64,000 nt of DNA from an uncultured bacterium (lineage in GTDB: Bacteria > Patescibacteriota > Minisyncoccia > UBA6257 > 2-01-FULL-56-20), in contig OY970354.1 in NCBI GenBank assembly GCA_963718515.1, positions 174,363-238,362 of the forward strand, in the 5' to 3' direction. The stretch's first letter is position 1. Every line of letters begins with the position of its first letter. Below, one piece after another: positions 46,307 through 56,945 of this stretch. The translations under genes and the position numbers were made by a program. Below the pieces are notes generated by a model, which saw only the letters and a program-made list of their open reading frames with translations, had not been told where the DNA came from and searched no databases.

Positions 46307-47805
46307 ATGTCAATAATCACTATAGCCCTGACGGGACTGGTATTTTTGGTGGTGGGAGCTGCAGCGGGGTATTTTATACGCAAGGCATCGGGGGCCAATA
46401 AGCTCGCCGAGGCGGAGACGAAAGCAAAAGAAATAATTTTGGAGGCAAAAGAGAAATCCGCCTCGATTTTGCTTGAACTGAAGAACGAAGAAAAGGATCG
46501 CCGCAAAGAAATCGATGCGCTTGAGGCGCGCGTTTTGCATCGTGAGGAGACACTCGACAAAAAACTGACCGACCTTTCTGCGGAAGAAGGGAAGCTTCGC
46601 GCGCGCGAAGATAAGGCCAAGGAAAAAGAAGAAGTGGTTGCAAAGAAAGAGATGGAGATAGACACGCGCCTCGAGAAGATCGGCGCGCTTTCCGTTGCGG
46701 AGGCAAAAGAAGAGATCATGCGCCGCGCTAAGGAAGACCGTTCACAGGATCTTGCGCATGCAATCCAGAAGATCGATCGTGAGAACCGCGAGGAAGTGGA
46801 GAAGCGTGCGGCAGATATCATCACGGTTGCGCTCCAGCGCTATGCACGCTCGCACGTGGCGGAAATGACGACGACGATTTTCCACTTGGATGACGAGGAA
46901 CTGAAGGGCAAGATCATCGGCCGCGAAGGGCGCAACATTCGCGCGCTCGAACGTGCCACGGGCGTGGAGTTCATCATCGACGAAGCGCCGGACGCGATCA
47001 TCATCTCATCGTTCGATCCGTTCCGCCGCGAGGTGGCGCGGCTTCGCGCTTGAAAAGCTGGTAAAAGACGGCCGCATCCAGCCGGCAAAGATCGAAGAGA
47101 GCGTGGAGGCGGCAAAGACCGAGCTCGCGAAGCGCACTCAGGAGATCGGCGAGAACGCCGCGCAGGATCTCGGCGTGTTCGATCTTCCAAAAGAGCTTTT
47201 GCAGTTGATCGGCCGGCTTCACTTCCGCACGAGCTACGGCCAGAACGTGCTCGTACACTCCGTCGAGATGGCATACATCGCGGAAATGATGGCGCGCGAG
47301 CTTGGTTTGAATGCCGAGGTGGCCAAGAAGGGGGCACTGCTCCACGACATCGGCAAAGCGATCGACCACGAAGTTGAAGGAACGCACGTGGAGCTTGGCA
47401 TGAAGCTGCTCCGCAAATACAACATCGACGAGCGCGTTGTGGAGGCGATGCAATCGCATCATGACGATTATCCGTACGCACGGCCGGAGGCGTATGTAGT
47501 GACGGCGGCGGACGTGCTTGTCTGCGGCACGCCCCGGCGCGCGCCGCGGCACGCTTGAGAATTATGTAAAGCGCCTTGCCGACCTTGAAAAGATCGCGGG
47601 CGAGTTCGCCGGCGTAAAGAGCGCGTACGCGATCGCCGCAGGCCGCGAACTGCGCGTCTTCGTCATCCCGGAAAAGGTGGATGACTTCCGCGCCCTCGAG
47701 CTTGCGCGGGAGATTGCAAATAAGATACAATCGGAGCTAAAGTATCCTGGTGAGATCAAAGTGAACGTGATCCGGGAGATGCGGGCCGTGGAATACGCCC
47801 GCTAG
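46307..47805 (+). pseudogene. rny: ribonuclease Y, two +1 frame breaks
   Basis: N-terminal TM helix and coiled coil, a KH domain ([15 protein letters not shown]), an HD domain (LLHDIGKAIDHE) and the C-terminal RELRVFV...[11 protein letters not shown] lie in three successive frames. Confidence 0.85.
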
Positions 47806-47828
47806 CGAATATGATATAATTATTCAAC

Positions 47829-49322
47829 ATGATAACCGACACGATTTTTAATCACCCGGTGACCGCCGCCGTTATCGCGGGACTGCTGCTCTTGGGGATC
47901 ATCGGCAAACTGATGAGGTTCTCGTTCGAACGGATCGCAAAGTGGTATCTCTATGTGGCCGTTTTCTCCGTGGTGATCGTGATGAACTCGATATTCTTCC
48001 CGTTCATCGGAGGAAAAGATTTTTTCTTTAGATTCGTCGTCGAGCTTGCGCTTGCGTGCATGGTACTCTGGTGGGCGTTCGAGGCAAAGTCCGGTGATGC
48101 AAAAAAGCGCATCGCGGTGCTCTTTAAGAAGCCCCTTGTCATTACCGTCACCGCATTCGCCGCCATCTTCGAACTTGCGTGCCTCTTTGCCTACGATATG
48201 CATGCGGCATTCTGGTCAAACTACGAGCGCGGCGAAGGCGGTTTTCAGATGTTGCACTATTACTTGTTCTTCCTGCTCTTGGTGTTGATCTTTACCGACG
48301 AAAAGGAGTGGAAAAACCTTTTCAAATTCTCTCTTATTGCCGGCGGCCTCATGATCTTGTACGGCATTGCCGGGAACTATTCCATTTCAGGCTTTATCGG
48401 CGCTTACGCGGGCACTACTCCGCCCGCCGGATGGTGGCATGTGCTCGTCGATAACCGGTTCGAAGGCTCTCTTGGTAACTCCGCCTATGTGGATGCGTAC
48501 CTTCTGTTCTCAATGTTCTATATCGGCTATCTGTGGACGTCTGCGAGGATCGCCGGCACACTCAAACGATCGGGAGTGTGGCTGTATTCGATCCTGCTCG
48601 CAGTTGCACTCTTTTTCTTTGTGATAGGGCAGACCCGTGGCGCATTTCTTGGGTTAGTGGCGGGGATCTTGGCGGCGGTCGTGTATATGGTTTTTGCGAG
48701 CAGGGGCACGGCGCGCAAATGGGGCCTCGCGGCGCTTTGTTTACTCCTCATCCTCGGCGCCGGTGTCTATGCCGTGAGGAATACGAAGTTTGTGCAGAGC
48801 TTCCCCGAAGGAAGGTTGTTGCAACTCAGCCTTTCGGATGCTACCGCCCAATCGCGTCTTTGGGTCTGGGGTGAAGCATGGCAGGGATTCCTCGAGCGGC
48901 CGGTGCTGGGCTGGGGGCCAGAGAACTTCACCGCGGTCTTTGATAAGTTTTTCAATCCTAAGTTCTATACTCCCGGACAAAATAATGAGACCTGGTTCGA
49001 CCGTGCTCATAGCATCTACTTTGATTATCTCTCGGAAACCGGCATCCTTGGGCTGATTGCTTACCTCGCGATCTTCGTGGCGCTCTTCTGGGGGCTCGCA
49101 AAAAGAATTCGCAAAGATAAAGCTGAAGGAGGCCATCGGATGGCGCTCAAGCTCCAGCATAGTTTGTTCATAGCCATTCCCATCGCGTATCTTGTGCAAG
49201 GCGTTGCTATTTTCGACGTGTTCCCGATGTACATATGTACGTTCACGATGTTCGCATTCGTTGCGTATTATGTTTCCGCGAAAGGTCTCACGTATACCCC
49301 ACACCACGAACATGGAGGATAG
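47829..49322 (+). CDS. O-antigen ligase/polymerase-like (Wzy_C) membrane protein
   Basis: 497 aa with at least 10 TM segments. The central loop has GQTRGAFLGLVAG. TATAAT lies 8 nt before the ATG. Confidence 0.6.
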   Translation: MITDTIFNHPVTAAVIAGLLLLGIIGKLMRFSFERIAKWYLYVAVFSVVIVMNSIFFPFIGGKDFFFRFVVELALACMVLWWAFEAKSGDAKKRIAVLFKKPLVITVTAFAAIFELACLFAYDMHAAFWSNYERGEGGFQMLHYYLFFLLLVLIFTDEKEWKNLFKFSLIAGGLMILYGIAGNYSISGFIGAYAGTTPPAGWWHVLVDNRFEGSLGNSAYVDAYLLFSMFYIGYLWTSARIAGTLKRSGVWLYSILLAVALFFFVIGQTRGAFLGLVAGILAAVVYMVFASRGTARKWGLAALCLLLILGAGVYAVRNTKFVQSFPEGRLLQLSLSDATAQSRLWVWGEAWQGFLERPVLGWGPENFTAVFDKFFNPKFYTPGQNNETWFDRAHSIYFDYLSETGILGLIAYLAIFVALFWGLAKRIRKDKAEGGHRMALKLQHSLFIAIPIAYLVQGVAIFDVFPMYICTFTMFAFVAYYVSAKGLTYTPHHEHGG

Positions 49323-49968
49323 GACATACCAAAAAGTCATAGCGATCATCATCGTGGCGGCCATCTTCGGCGTTGCGATATATGGTTCGTACATGCCGAT
49401 GCGCAAGGCGCAGATGTTCATCGCGACGCTTCAGGGACTTCAGACGCAGGCGGGTGCGGCGACGTCGCTACAAGATCTGGAGAACAAGCTTTCGGTTCCT
49501 CTCAACTATCCGTCGCCGATCGGCCAGGAGGAGCTGGTGCGCAACATGGCGAACAGCGTTCTCTCGTTCATACAGCAGGGAGGTAATGCGAGTTCGACCG
49601 CGGCACTCATCACGTACCTGAACGGCTATTACGATCCGATCCTTGCCCGGAACAAGGGTATGAGCTTCGGACAGGATCTTTATCTCGAAGGCGCCATCAA
49701 TGAGATCGCGTATGCGGGAACCGGCGATGAGACCTATCTCGCCGCCGCGCAACATTGGTATGCCGAAGCGGTGCAACTCGGACCGAACCGCCCGCAGGGA
49801 TTGTACGGCCTCTTTGATGTCTACCGCGCCGCAGGCGACGCGACGGATACGATCGCCGTCGGCACCAAGATCCTCACGAACTGGCCGACCGATACGCAGA
49901 TCCAGCAGGCGATGTTGCAATTCTTGGGAGCGGCATCTTCGACGGCGCGAACCACCGCAGGGCACTAG
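49312..49968 (+). CDS. membrane-anchored hypothetical protein
   Basis: The start is chosen at MEDRTYQKVIAIIIVAAIFGVAIYG (TM anchor). The rest is helical and repeat-like. Confidence 0.4.
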   Translation: MEDRTYQKVIAIIIVAAIFGVAIYGSYMPMRKAQMFIATLQGLQTQAGAATSLQDLENKLSVPLNYPSPIGQEELVRNMANSVLSFIQQGGNASSTAALITYLNGYYDPILARNKGMSFGQDLYLEGAINEIAYAGTGDETYLAAAQHWYAEAVQLGPNRPQGLYGLFDVYRAAGDATDTIAVGTKILTNWPTDTQIQQAMLQFLGAASSTARTTAGH

Positions 49969-50001
49969 AATTTTCCGCACCGTCGGCTTATACTATCTCG
50001 C

Positions 50002-51003
50002 ATGAAAATATTAGTGACTGGCGGCGCCGGTTTCATAGGCCTCGCCCTCGCGCGACGCATACTCGAAAGCGATCCAACGGCGGAGATCGTCCTTGTTGAT
50101 AATTTTGCCCGGGGCAAAGATGACAATGATCTTAAACAATTGACCGCCGATCCGCGAGTTACTGTTCTTACGCTCGACCTTACCGATCCCGCGAGCTATC
50201 AGAAATTGGGCAATGGATACGATCATGTGCACCATCTCGCCGCAGTCAATGGGACGGATCTTTTTTATAAGATACCCCACGAAGTGATGCGCGTTAATAT
50301 GCTCACCCTTATATACATGCTTGAGTGGTTCAGAAAATATAACGCCGGGGGAAAGTTTTTATTTACCTCATCGAATGAGGCGTATGCGGGTGCGCTCGAA
50401 GCGTTCGGCACCCTGCCCATCCCTACCCCCGAAGACGTTCCCCTCGTCATTGCCGATCCGTACAATCCGCGGTGGACCTATGCGACGACAAAACTTGCCG
50501 GTGAGTTGTTCGTCATTTGGTATGCGGAGATGTATAAATTCCGTGCAGTGATCGTGCGTCCGCATAATTTTTACGGGCCGCGTGCGGGATACAACCACGT
50601 TATCCCGCAGTTCTCGCTCCGCATCCGTGGCAAGACAGACCCATTCTCGATCTTCGGCGCCGATGAAACGCGCTCATTTTGTTATATCGATGATGCCGTG
50701 GAAGCGATGCAGATGCTTATGCATTCTGAGAAGACGGATCGGTGGCCGATCGAAACGGTGCATATCGGTAGCGGAGAAGAGATCGCCATGCGCGATCTCG
50801 CGGACATCATGTTCTCTATTTCCGAGTGGCGTCCGGAAAAGATCGAAATGAAAGACGGTGCGGAGGGAAGCGTCAAACAACGCAGGCCTCACATAGGGAA
50901 GATCGAAAAGCTTATCGGTTGGAGGCCCAAGACATCCCTTAAGGACGGATTGCGGAAGACGATGGAATGGTATGGAAGGAATCCATCCCCCGACGCTTCA
51001 TAG
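50002..51003 (+). CDS. NAD-dependent sugar epimerase/dehydratase (SDR)
   Basis: VTGGAGFIG and the YATTK catalytic motif. Confidence 0.85.
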   Translation: MKILVTGGAGFIGLALARRILESDPTAEIVLVDNFARGKDDNDLKQLTADPRVTVLTLDLTDPASYQKLGNGYDHVHHLAAVNGTDLFYKIPHEVMRVNMLTLIYMLEWFRKYNAGGKFLFTSSNEAYAGALEAFGTLPIPTPEDVPLVIADPYNPRWTYATTKLAGELFVIWYAEMYKFRAVIVRPHNFYGPRAGYNHVIPQFSLRIRGKTDPFSIFGADETRSFCYIDDAVEAMQMLMHSEKTDRWPIETVHIGSGEEIAMRDLADIMFSISEWRPEKIEMKDGAEGSVKQRRPHIGKIEKLIGWRPKTSLKDGLRKTMEWYGRNPSPDAS

Positions 51004-51975
51004 CTTGAACGCCTCGGCGATCTCGATGGCTCGAACGCCATCAAGGGCGGTCGCATTCATGTTTTTAGAAGATGGATCATAGTAGGCATCGAACACGGCG
51101 GTATAGAGATTGACCACGGGAAATTTCTTTTTCACTATTTTTTTTGAGGATAGATAGGTCATCACATTTTCTTTTTCAAATATATCAAGCGAGATATTCC
51201 CGTTCTGGCCATAGATAACAATGCGATTCTGCGCCGCGGGGATCTGCTTGCTGGTCGCGATGACCGCGGGTGCGCCGCTCGCGAGCGTGAGGATCCCGAT
51301 CGCCGTTCTGTCCACGGTGCGTCGCGTCGCGTCGGTGTAGGCACGCACCCCGGCCACTTCTTCGCCGGTCAAAAAGCGGAGCAGGTCGAAAAGGTGCACG
51401 CCGCGTGCCACGAGCGCCCCGCCTCCCGCCTGTTTTATATTTTCGCGCCATCGCATATGGGGCGGCAGGGGTGATAATTTTTCTTCCCCAAAAGATCCGA
51501 TTGACCAGGCCATTTCTATGTAGCGGATCTTCCCCAACGCGTTGCGGGCGATGAGCGCACGCGCGTATTGTACTGCCGGATTCTGGCGCAACTGAAAGTC
51601 GACGAGGCATTTTTTCCGACGTCGCTTCGATTCCCGCAGGATCGACATACCGTCGCGGAGCGTGAGGGCAAGCGGTTTTTCACAAAGCACATCTTTGCCT
51701 GCGCGGAGGGCGCGAATGGCGTCCGCCGCATGCATATCGTTTTGCGTTGCGATGCAGACCGCATCGATCCCCGGATCGGCGAGGGCCTCGGCAAGCGAGC
51801 TATAGTAGTGGGGCACGCCAAATTCCTCCGCAAATTTTTTTGCGCGTTCGTCATTTTTTCCCACGACTGCGATGAGCGATGCGTGCTTGGATGCTTTGAT
51901 GGCTTGGGCAAGCCGCCGTCCATGGGTTCCGAGCCCCACGAGCGCCCACGATGTTTTGCGGCGGGACTTTATCAT
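50998..51975 (-). CDS. Gfo/Idh/MocA-family oxidoreductase
   Basis: N-terminal Rossmann fold WALVGLGTHGRR and the EKPLA motif (CEKPLALT). Confidence 0.8.
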   Translation of the reverse strand: MIKSRRKTSWALVGLGTHGRRLAQAIKASKHASLIAVVGKNDERAKKFAEEFGVPHYYSSLAEALADPGIDAVCIATQNDMHAADAIRALRAGKDVLCEKPLALTLRDGMSILRESKRRRKKCLVDFQLRQNPAVQYARALIARNALGKIRYIEMAWSIGSFGEEKLSPLPPHMRWRENIKQAGGGALVARGVHLFDLLRFLTGEEVAGVRAYTDATRRTVDRTAIGILTLASGAPAVIATSKQIPAAQNRIVIYGQNGNISLDIFEKENVMTYLSSKKIVKKKFPVVNLYTAVFDAYYDPSSKNMNATALDGVRAIEIAEAFKL

Positions 51976-51979
51976 ACTG

Positions 51980-53224
51980 TTAAGAAACGATCCTCGGCTT
52001 TGGGAGCGGAAGGATGAACTTCCCCTTATATCCGGAACCCTTCGTTATTTTTATAAGCTCCTTGCCGATGTGCCATGAGAGCACCAGCACATATTCCGGT
52101 TGATCTTTGAGGAGTGTTAATTCATCGACGACCGGAACGTGCGTGCCCGGCGTATAAAGGCCGATTTTCGGCGATCCTTTTTTTTCGCAATTATAAGAGA
52201 GAATCGTACTATCGATATGCGAGAAGCTGAGGAGCGTGTTCGAGCGGGCAGAACTCGTGAGTCCTGCGATGCGCGCGCCTTTCTTTTTGCATTGCAGAAG
52301 AAGGCTCAGCAATTCGTTCTTTGCGGCATACACTTTTTGCGCAAACTTGAGGAGCGTCTTTTTGTTATAGATCCCAGCCTTCTCTTCTGCCGCAAGGAGT
52401 TTTTTTGCTCTCGCGCTCATGGGATGTTTTCCTTTTTTTGCAAAAACGCGGATGGAGCCCCCGGCGGCCTGTATGCGCTCCGCGTCGACGAGCGAAAGCC
52501 CGTGCATCCGGAACATATAGGCGAGGGGCTTCAATGCATAGAAGCGCAGATGCTCGTGATAGATGGTATCGAACTCCAACTTCTCGACGATGTCCATGAG
52601 GTATTGGGATTCGGAAATAAATACGCCGCCCTTGTCGAGGAGCCGCGCGATGTTCTTTGCAAGCGCTGGCGCGTCGTTGATATGCGCGAAGACGTTCGTG
52701 GCCGTCACGATCTTTGCGTGCCCATATTTTTTAATGATGGCATCGACGGTCTTTGCACCAAAAAATTCCTGGAGCGTCTTTATGCCATTCTTATTCGCGA
52801 CCTTCGCCGCATCCGTCGGTTCTACGCCAAGCACCGCCATACCTTTTTCTTTGAATCCTTTAAGGAGCGTGCCATCGTTCGATCCAATATCGACGATGAG
52901 GTCGCCTTTCTTCCAGGGATGAGAGACGCGCAATTCATCCGCGAGCGCGCGGAAGTTACGGATGAGCATATTGGTGAGGCCGGTCCGGTAAGGATAACTT
53001 TTTGGGAACACCTTCTGTGGCTCCACGATATAGTTCAGCTGGGAGAGTCCGCAGTTCTTGCAATAGGTGAGCGCGAGGGGATAGGTCGCCTCCGGCTCGC
53101 GGAGCGCTGTGGGCGAAAGATATTCCTGTACGATCGGTTGATTCCCGAGCGAAAGAATTTCCTCGAGGGCGGCGTGTCCGCAGATCTGGCAAGACTCCAC
53201 AAAACCGACCGAGTTCTTTGTCAT
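51980..53224 (-). CDS. NDP-hexose C-methyltransferase-like SAM enzyme (TylCIII-type)
   Basis: N-terminal zinc ribbons C-x2-C (CQICGH, CKNCG), a SAM-binding segment VDIGSNDGTLL, and a C-terminal C-methyltransferase-like domain. Confidence 0.7.
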   Translation of the reverse strand: MTKNSVGFVESCQICGHAALEEILSLGNQPIVQEYLSPTALREPEATYPLALTYCKNCGLSQLNYIVEPQKVFPKSYPYRTGLTNMLIRNFRALADELRVSHPWKKGDLIVDIGSNDGTLLKGFKEKGMAVLGVEPTDAAKVANKNGIKTLQEFFGAKTVDAIIKKYGHAKIVTATNVFAHINDAPALAKNIARLLDKGGVFISESQYLMDIVEKLEFDTIYHEHLRFYALKPLAYMFRMHGLSLVDAERIQAAGGSIRVFAKKGKHPMSARAKKLLAAEEKAGIYNKKTLLKFAQKVYAAKNELLSLLLQCKKKGARIAGLTSSARSNTLLSFSHIDSTILSYNCEKKGSPKIGLYTPGTHVPVVDELTLLKDQPEYVLVLSWHIGKELIKITKGSGYKGKFILPLPKPRIVS

Positions 53225-53320
53225 AAGGGAAAGTATAGCACTTTTTAACCTTCGCTCAATAAGTAAAAAAAAGACGCGGTGAGGGGTACTCACCGCGCTT
53301 GGTTTGATGTCCTGCGCTGT

Positions 53321-54064
53321 CTAGGCCGTCGACAATGTCTCTGCCGGTTCTGCGATCATCTCGTAGTACGAGCCGAGCGCCTTGCGCAGATCGTCTTCGA
53401 CATCGTTCTCGCGGCCGAGGTGGTGAACGATGTCTGCGGCGAACTGCCGGATGAACATCACGTAGAATCGCATCGAGTCGATCGATACCAGGCCGCGCGC
53501 CTCCTCCGAGGGTAGCATGCCGTACCATTCGAGCTGGCGGAAGAAGTCGGTGTAGATAGACTTCAGTTTGTCTTCCGCCGTCGAACCGTAGTTGAAAGGG
53601 TTGCCGCGGTCGTACATCACGAGCCGGCTCCCTTGGAATGCTGCGGCGACGAGAACACCGAGCGTAGGAGTCGCGATGCGGTCGACCTTGTCCGCGATCC
53701 GAAGCGCCGTGAGCAGATGGCTGTCGCCCGGTTCATCGGCGAACTTCGGGTGAAGCTTGACGACTTCTTCGATGTCCTTTTTGGCCGCTTCGTCGAACGG
53801 GCTCTCTTCCAGAAGCGCAAAAAGCTTGTTGTATGCTTCCGTCTTCGTCCTGAACGCCCGGTCGATATTGTGCAGCCAGCACGCCGCGGTGTACTGGTCC
53901 ATGTCGAATTGCAGAGGCCCTTGTTCCGGGAGCCCCTGAATGCCGAGGATCTTCGGTCCCCACTTTGCCATGCGGTCGCAGTGGTCCACATCGTGTCCCG
54001 CCGTAACGTTGGGGGGTGTATACAGCTGTTTGAGCTCTCCAGAGAGCCACGTGAGATACATCAT
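53321..54064 (-). CDS. HD-domain-like hypothetical protein
   Basis: GHDVDHCDRM and WLHNIDR are metal-binding-like His/Asp pairs. The ORF extends to 54163 and the start is uncertain. Confidence 0.4.
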   Translation of the reverse strand: MMYLTWLSGELKQLYTPPNVTAGHDVDHCDRMAKWGPKILGIQGLPEQGPLQFDMDQYTAACWLHNIDRAFRTKTEAYNKLFALLEESPFDEAAKKDIEEVVKLHPKFADEPGDSHLLTALRIADKVDRIATPTLGVLVAAAFQGSRLVMYDRGNPFNYGSTAEDKLKSIYTDFFRQLEWYGMLPSEEARGLVSIDSMRFYVMFIRQFAADIVHHLGRENDVEDDLRKALGSYYEMIAEPAETLSTA

Positions 54065-54214
54065 CAATGAAATCTCCCATTCCGCGTTCGAGCAGATTGT
54101 TATCCCGACGCTGTGATATACAATAGCATATAAAATATGATGTGTCAATTTTGCCTCATGCAACGGGAAATGCAGATTGACTCTGCGCCGTAGAGAAGAT
54201 TACACTTACCCTAT

Positions 54215-55036
54215 ATGAAAGTAGGGATCATCGGTGTCGGCGTCGTGGGGGGAGCCGTTCGCCATGGCATGAAAAAGATCGGCAACGAGGTGAGCGTTTA
54301 CGATATAAAAATTCCCGGCACATCGATACAGAACGTCCTGGATTCGGAAGTCTGTTTTATCTGCGTTCCGACAAAAACGGACGACAACGGCGAGAACGAC
54401 ACTTCGGTCGTGGATGAAACGATCGCCGCGCTTTCGAAAAGCGGTTATCGCGGCGTCGCGACGATCAAGTCGACCGTCGTCCCGGGAACGACGGACCGAT
54501 TGGCGGAGCAATATAAAACGATAAGGCTTGCGTTCTCTCCGGAATTTTTGCGCGAGCGATATGCGGAGGTTGATTTCGTAGAGAATATGGATGTGTGTCC
54601 GATCGGTGCCTATAGTGATGAGGATTTTGAGCTCATCAAAAAGGCCCATGGCAATATCCCTCAGCGGACGGTCAAGCTGGCCCCAAAAGAGGCCGAGTTC
54701 GTCAAATATTTTTCAAATGTTTTTAACGCGCTCCGCATCGTGTTCGCCAATGAATTTTTTGACGTCTGCATGGCGGCGGGGGTGCGATACCAGAACGTGA
54801 AAGATTGCGCGGTGCTCCGGAAGAATATTCCCGATGCATATCTGGAATGCAATGATATGTTGCGCGGATTTGGCGGTGTGTGTCTGCCGAAGGACACTCA
54901 GGCGTTCGCGACGTATGCTAAGAAGCTCGGGCTCGATCTGAAATTATTCGATCTCGTCGTCGCTGAAAATAAGAAATATCCCAAGACCGTCTTTGATGGA
55001 ATGCGCGGAGAAAATCCCGGCGGTGATGCACATTAG
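54215..55036 (+). CDS. UDP-glucose/GDP-mannose dehydrogenase-family protein (short form)
   Basis: MKVGIIGVGVVGGAV NAD-binding N-terminus and the central SPEFLRE motif. At 273 aa it is shorter than canonical UGDH. Confidence 0.6.
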   Translation: MKVGIIGVGVVGGAVRHGMKKIGNEVSVYDIKIPGTSIQNVLDSEVCFICVPTKTDDNGENDTSVVDETIAALSKSGYRGVATIKSTVVPGTTDRLAEQYKTIRLAFSPEFLRERYAEVDFVENMDVCPIGAYSDEDFELIKKAHGNIPQRTVKLAPKEAEFVKYFSNVFNALRIVFANEFFDVCMAAGVRYQNVKDCAVLRKNIPDAYLECNDMLRGFGGVCLPKDTQAFATYAKKLGLDLKLFDLVVAENKKYPKTVFDGMRGENPGGDAH

Positions 55037-56194
55037 ATGCCACAGAAAATAGGAATTTTTGATCCTGGTTTCAGCACGACAGGCCATTTCATTCCCTTCG
55101 ACCGTTATATCGCCCAGCTGATCGGAGATGAATACGAGCTGGTCTTTTTGGATTTTGGCGATCGCATGCGGTCCGCGTATGAGAATAAGATCAGCCTCAA
55201 GTACGAGCCGAGTTTTGTGACCATCGCCGACGTTCCCGTGTATCCCGGCAGGCTTACGCTCAGGTCATTCTTTTTGATTTCATGGTGGCGCAAGCGGTGG
55301 AATGACTTCCGGTGGTGTGCCAGGGCGTTCCATAATATAGAGAAGCTCGATCTGGATCTCGTCATCATCACTTCGCAAAGCACGCCATTCATCTTCCTCC
55401 AAAGACCCCGGTTTCCGTATTGCATCGTCATCCAACACCCGATGTTGATCAAGAGCAGGGAGCGGCTGAAGGGAGTAAGCCTGATCTTTGCCCCGATCTA
55501 CGATTTCTTCATACGCCATTATTTTTCATTCCTCGGGCGCGCAAAAGTTGTCTTCACGACGAATGATCCCACGATGCCGTCGCCATTCCCCGGCGCCGTG
55601 TGGCTCCCCACCAACCTGGACCTGCGCGAGTTCACCCCTATCAAGACTGTTTCAAAAAGGAAATTCATGACGATCGGGGTCGTCTCCGACGCCAAGAATC
55701 ACACCTTTGCGCTGGACGCTTTTGAAAAGTTTCGGTTGCCGTTCTCATATCTGATCGCCGGGATGCCGACCGACGCGGTCGGAGAAAAAGTAAAGGAAAG
55801 GGTTCTGCACTTCCCGAACGCGAACGTGACGGGAATGTTCAAGAATATTCCTGCGGATGAATACGAATCGCTGATCCGTGAGAGCGATTATCTGATCCTT
55901 CCCTACGACTTCAAGATGGAAGCGCGCGGTGCTTCTCAGGTGCTCTATGACGCGTTCCGGAATCATACGCCCATCGTCGCACCGGACTTCGAGCCGTTCA
56001 GAAATTATGTCGAGCGGTATGGGATCGGAGTCCTCTATAAAGAAGGGGATGCGGATTCGTTCAAACATGTTTTGGAAAAAGCAGCGAACGTTTCAAAAGA
56101 TCATTTTTCCGATAACTTCCGGCATCTCTATGCGGATTTTTCATTCGACAAGATCAAAGAAGATTTTTCGGCGCGCATCCGTTCCTGCTTGTGA
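55037..56194 (+). CDS. glycosyltransferase (GT-B, GT4-like C-terminal half)
   Basis: 385 aa. The C-terminal ESDYLILPY...ASQVLYDAFRNHTPIVAP pattern is GT-B-like. Confidence 0.5.
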   Translation: MPQKIGIFDPGFSTTGHFIPFDRYIAQLIGDEYELVFLDFGDRMRSAYENKISLKYEPSFVTIADVPVYPGRLTLRSFFLISWWRKRWNDFRWCARAFHNIEKLDLDLVIITSQSTPFIFLQRPRFPYCIVIQHPMLIKSRERLKGVSLIFAPIYDFFIRHYFSFLGRAKVVFTTNDPTMPSPFPGAVWLPTNLDLREFTPIKTVSKRKFMTIGVVSDAKNHTFALDAFEKFRLPFSYLIAGMPTDAVGEKVKERVLHFPNANVTGMFKNIPADEYESLIRESDYLILPYDFKMEARGASQVLYDAFRNHTPIVAPDFEPFRNYVERYGIGVLYKEGDADSFKHVLEKAANVSKDHFSDNFRHLYADFSFDKIKEDFSARIRSCL

Positions 56195-56223
56195 AAACCC
56201 CAGATTGTTGGTTTAATGGGTGA

Positions 56224-56925
56224 ATGGTACCGGAACTTGGAACGACGTCGCACACCGCTCCGCACGTGAACGATATGATCATCGCGGGCGTGGACCGCGA
56301 ACTGGGCGCAATGCCATCGGGAAAGGAAGTGAAAATCCTCGACCTCGGCGCCGGAGAAGGATATATCACCTATCAACTGCTCCGCGCGCTCGACCGGCGC
56401 GGCATGAAGGGTGAGATCGTCGCCATCGATATTGATTACGAAAAATTTGAGCCGAAACTGCCGGGGGTCACGTTCAAAACGCAAAACCTCGACGGCGATT
56501 TCCATTTTGGGACGTTCGACTTCGTGATCGCCGCCGACGTCATTGAGCATTTGCGGAGTCCGTATGGTTTTTTAAAGCATTGTTTCGAGAACCTTGCTCC
56601 CCACGGGGTCATATACGTATCGACGCCCAACGTCACGAGCATTTCTTCGCTCATGAAGACGTTAATCACCGGCATTCCGTCTTACTTTGATATGAACATA
56701 AAAAATGAACACATCAGCCCGTCGCCGAAATGGATGATAGAGCTTTTAACGAACAAGATCTGCCTGGAGTTGGGAAGGGAAGCGCACATCAAGACGGTCT
56801 ATAACAGAAATATACTTACCACGGGCTTGTGGTATCACGGGCGCCGGCTGGTCCTCGAGATCCCCGTCAAACCGAACCGGTTCTTTGGCGAGACGGGCAT
56901 CTATAAAATAACGTCTACGCAGTAA
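56224..56925 (+). CDS. class I SAM-dependent methyltransferase
   Basis: The ILDLGAGEGY motif I and FDFVIAADVIEHL. Confidence 0.7.
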   Translation: MVPELGTTSHTAPHVNDMIIAGVDRELGAMPSGKEVKILDLGAGEGYITYQLLRALDRRGMKGEIVAIDIDYEKFEPKLPGVTFKTQNLDGDFHFGTFDFVIAADVIEHLRSPYGFLKHCFENLAPHGVIYVSTPNVTSISSLMKTLITGIPSYFDMNIKNEHISPSPKWMIELLTNKICLELGREAHIKTVYNRNILTTGLWYHGRRLVLEIPVKPNRFFGETGIYKITSTQ

Positions 56926-56945
56926 CGTCTGCGGCGCACATTTTT

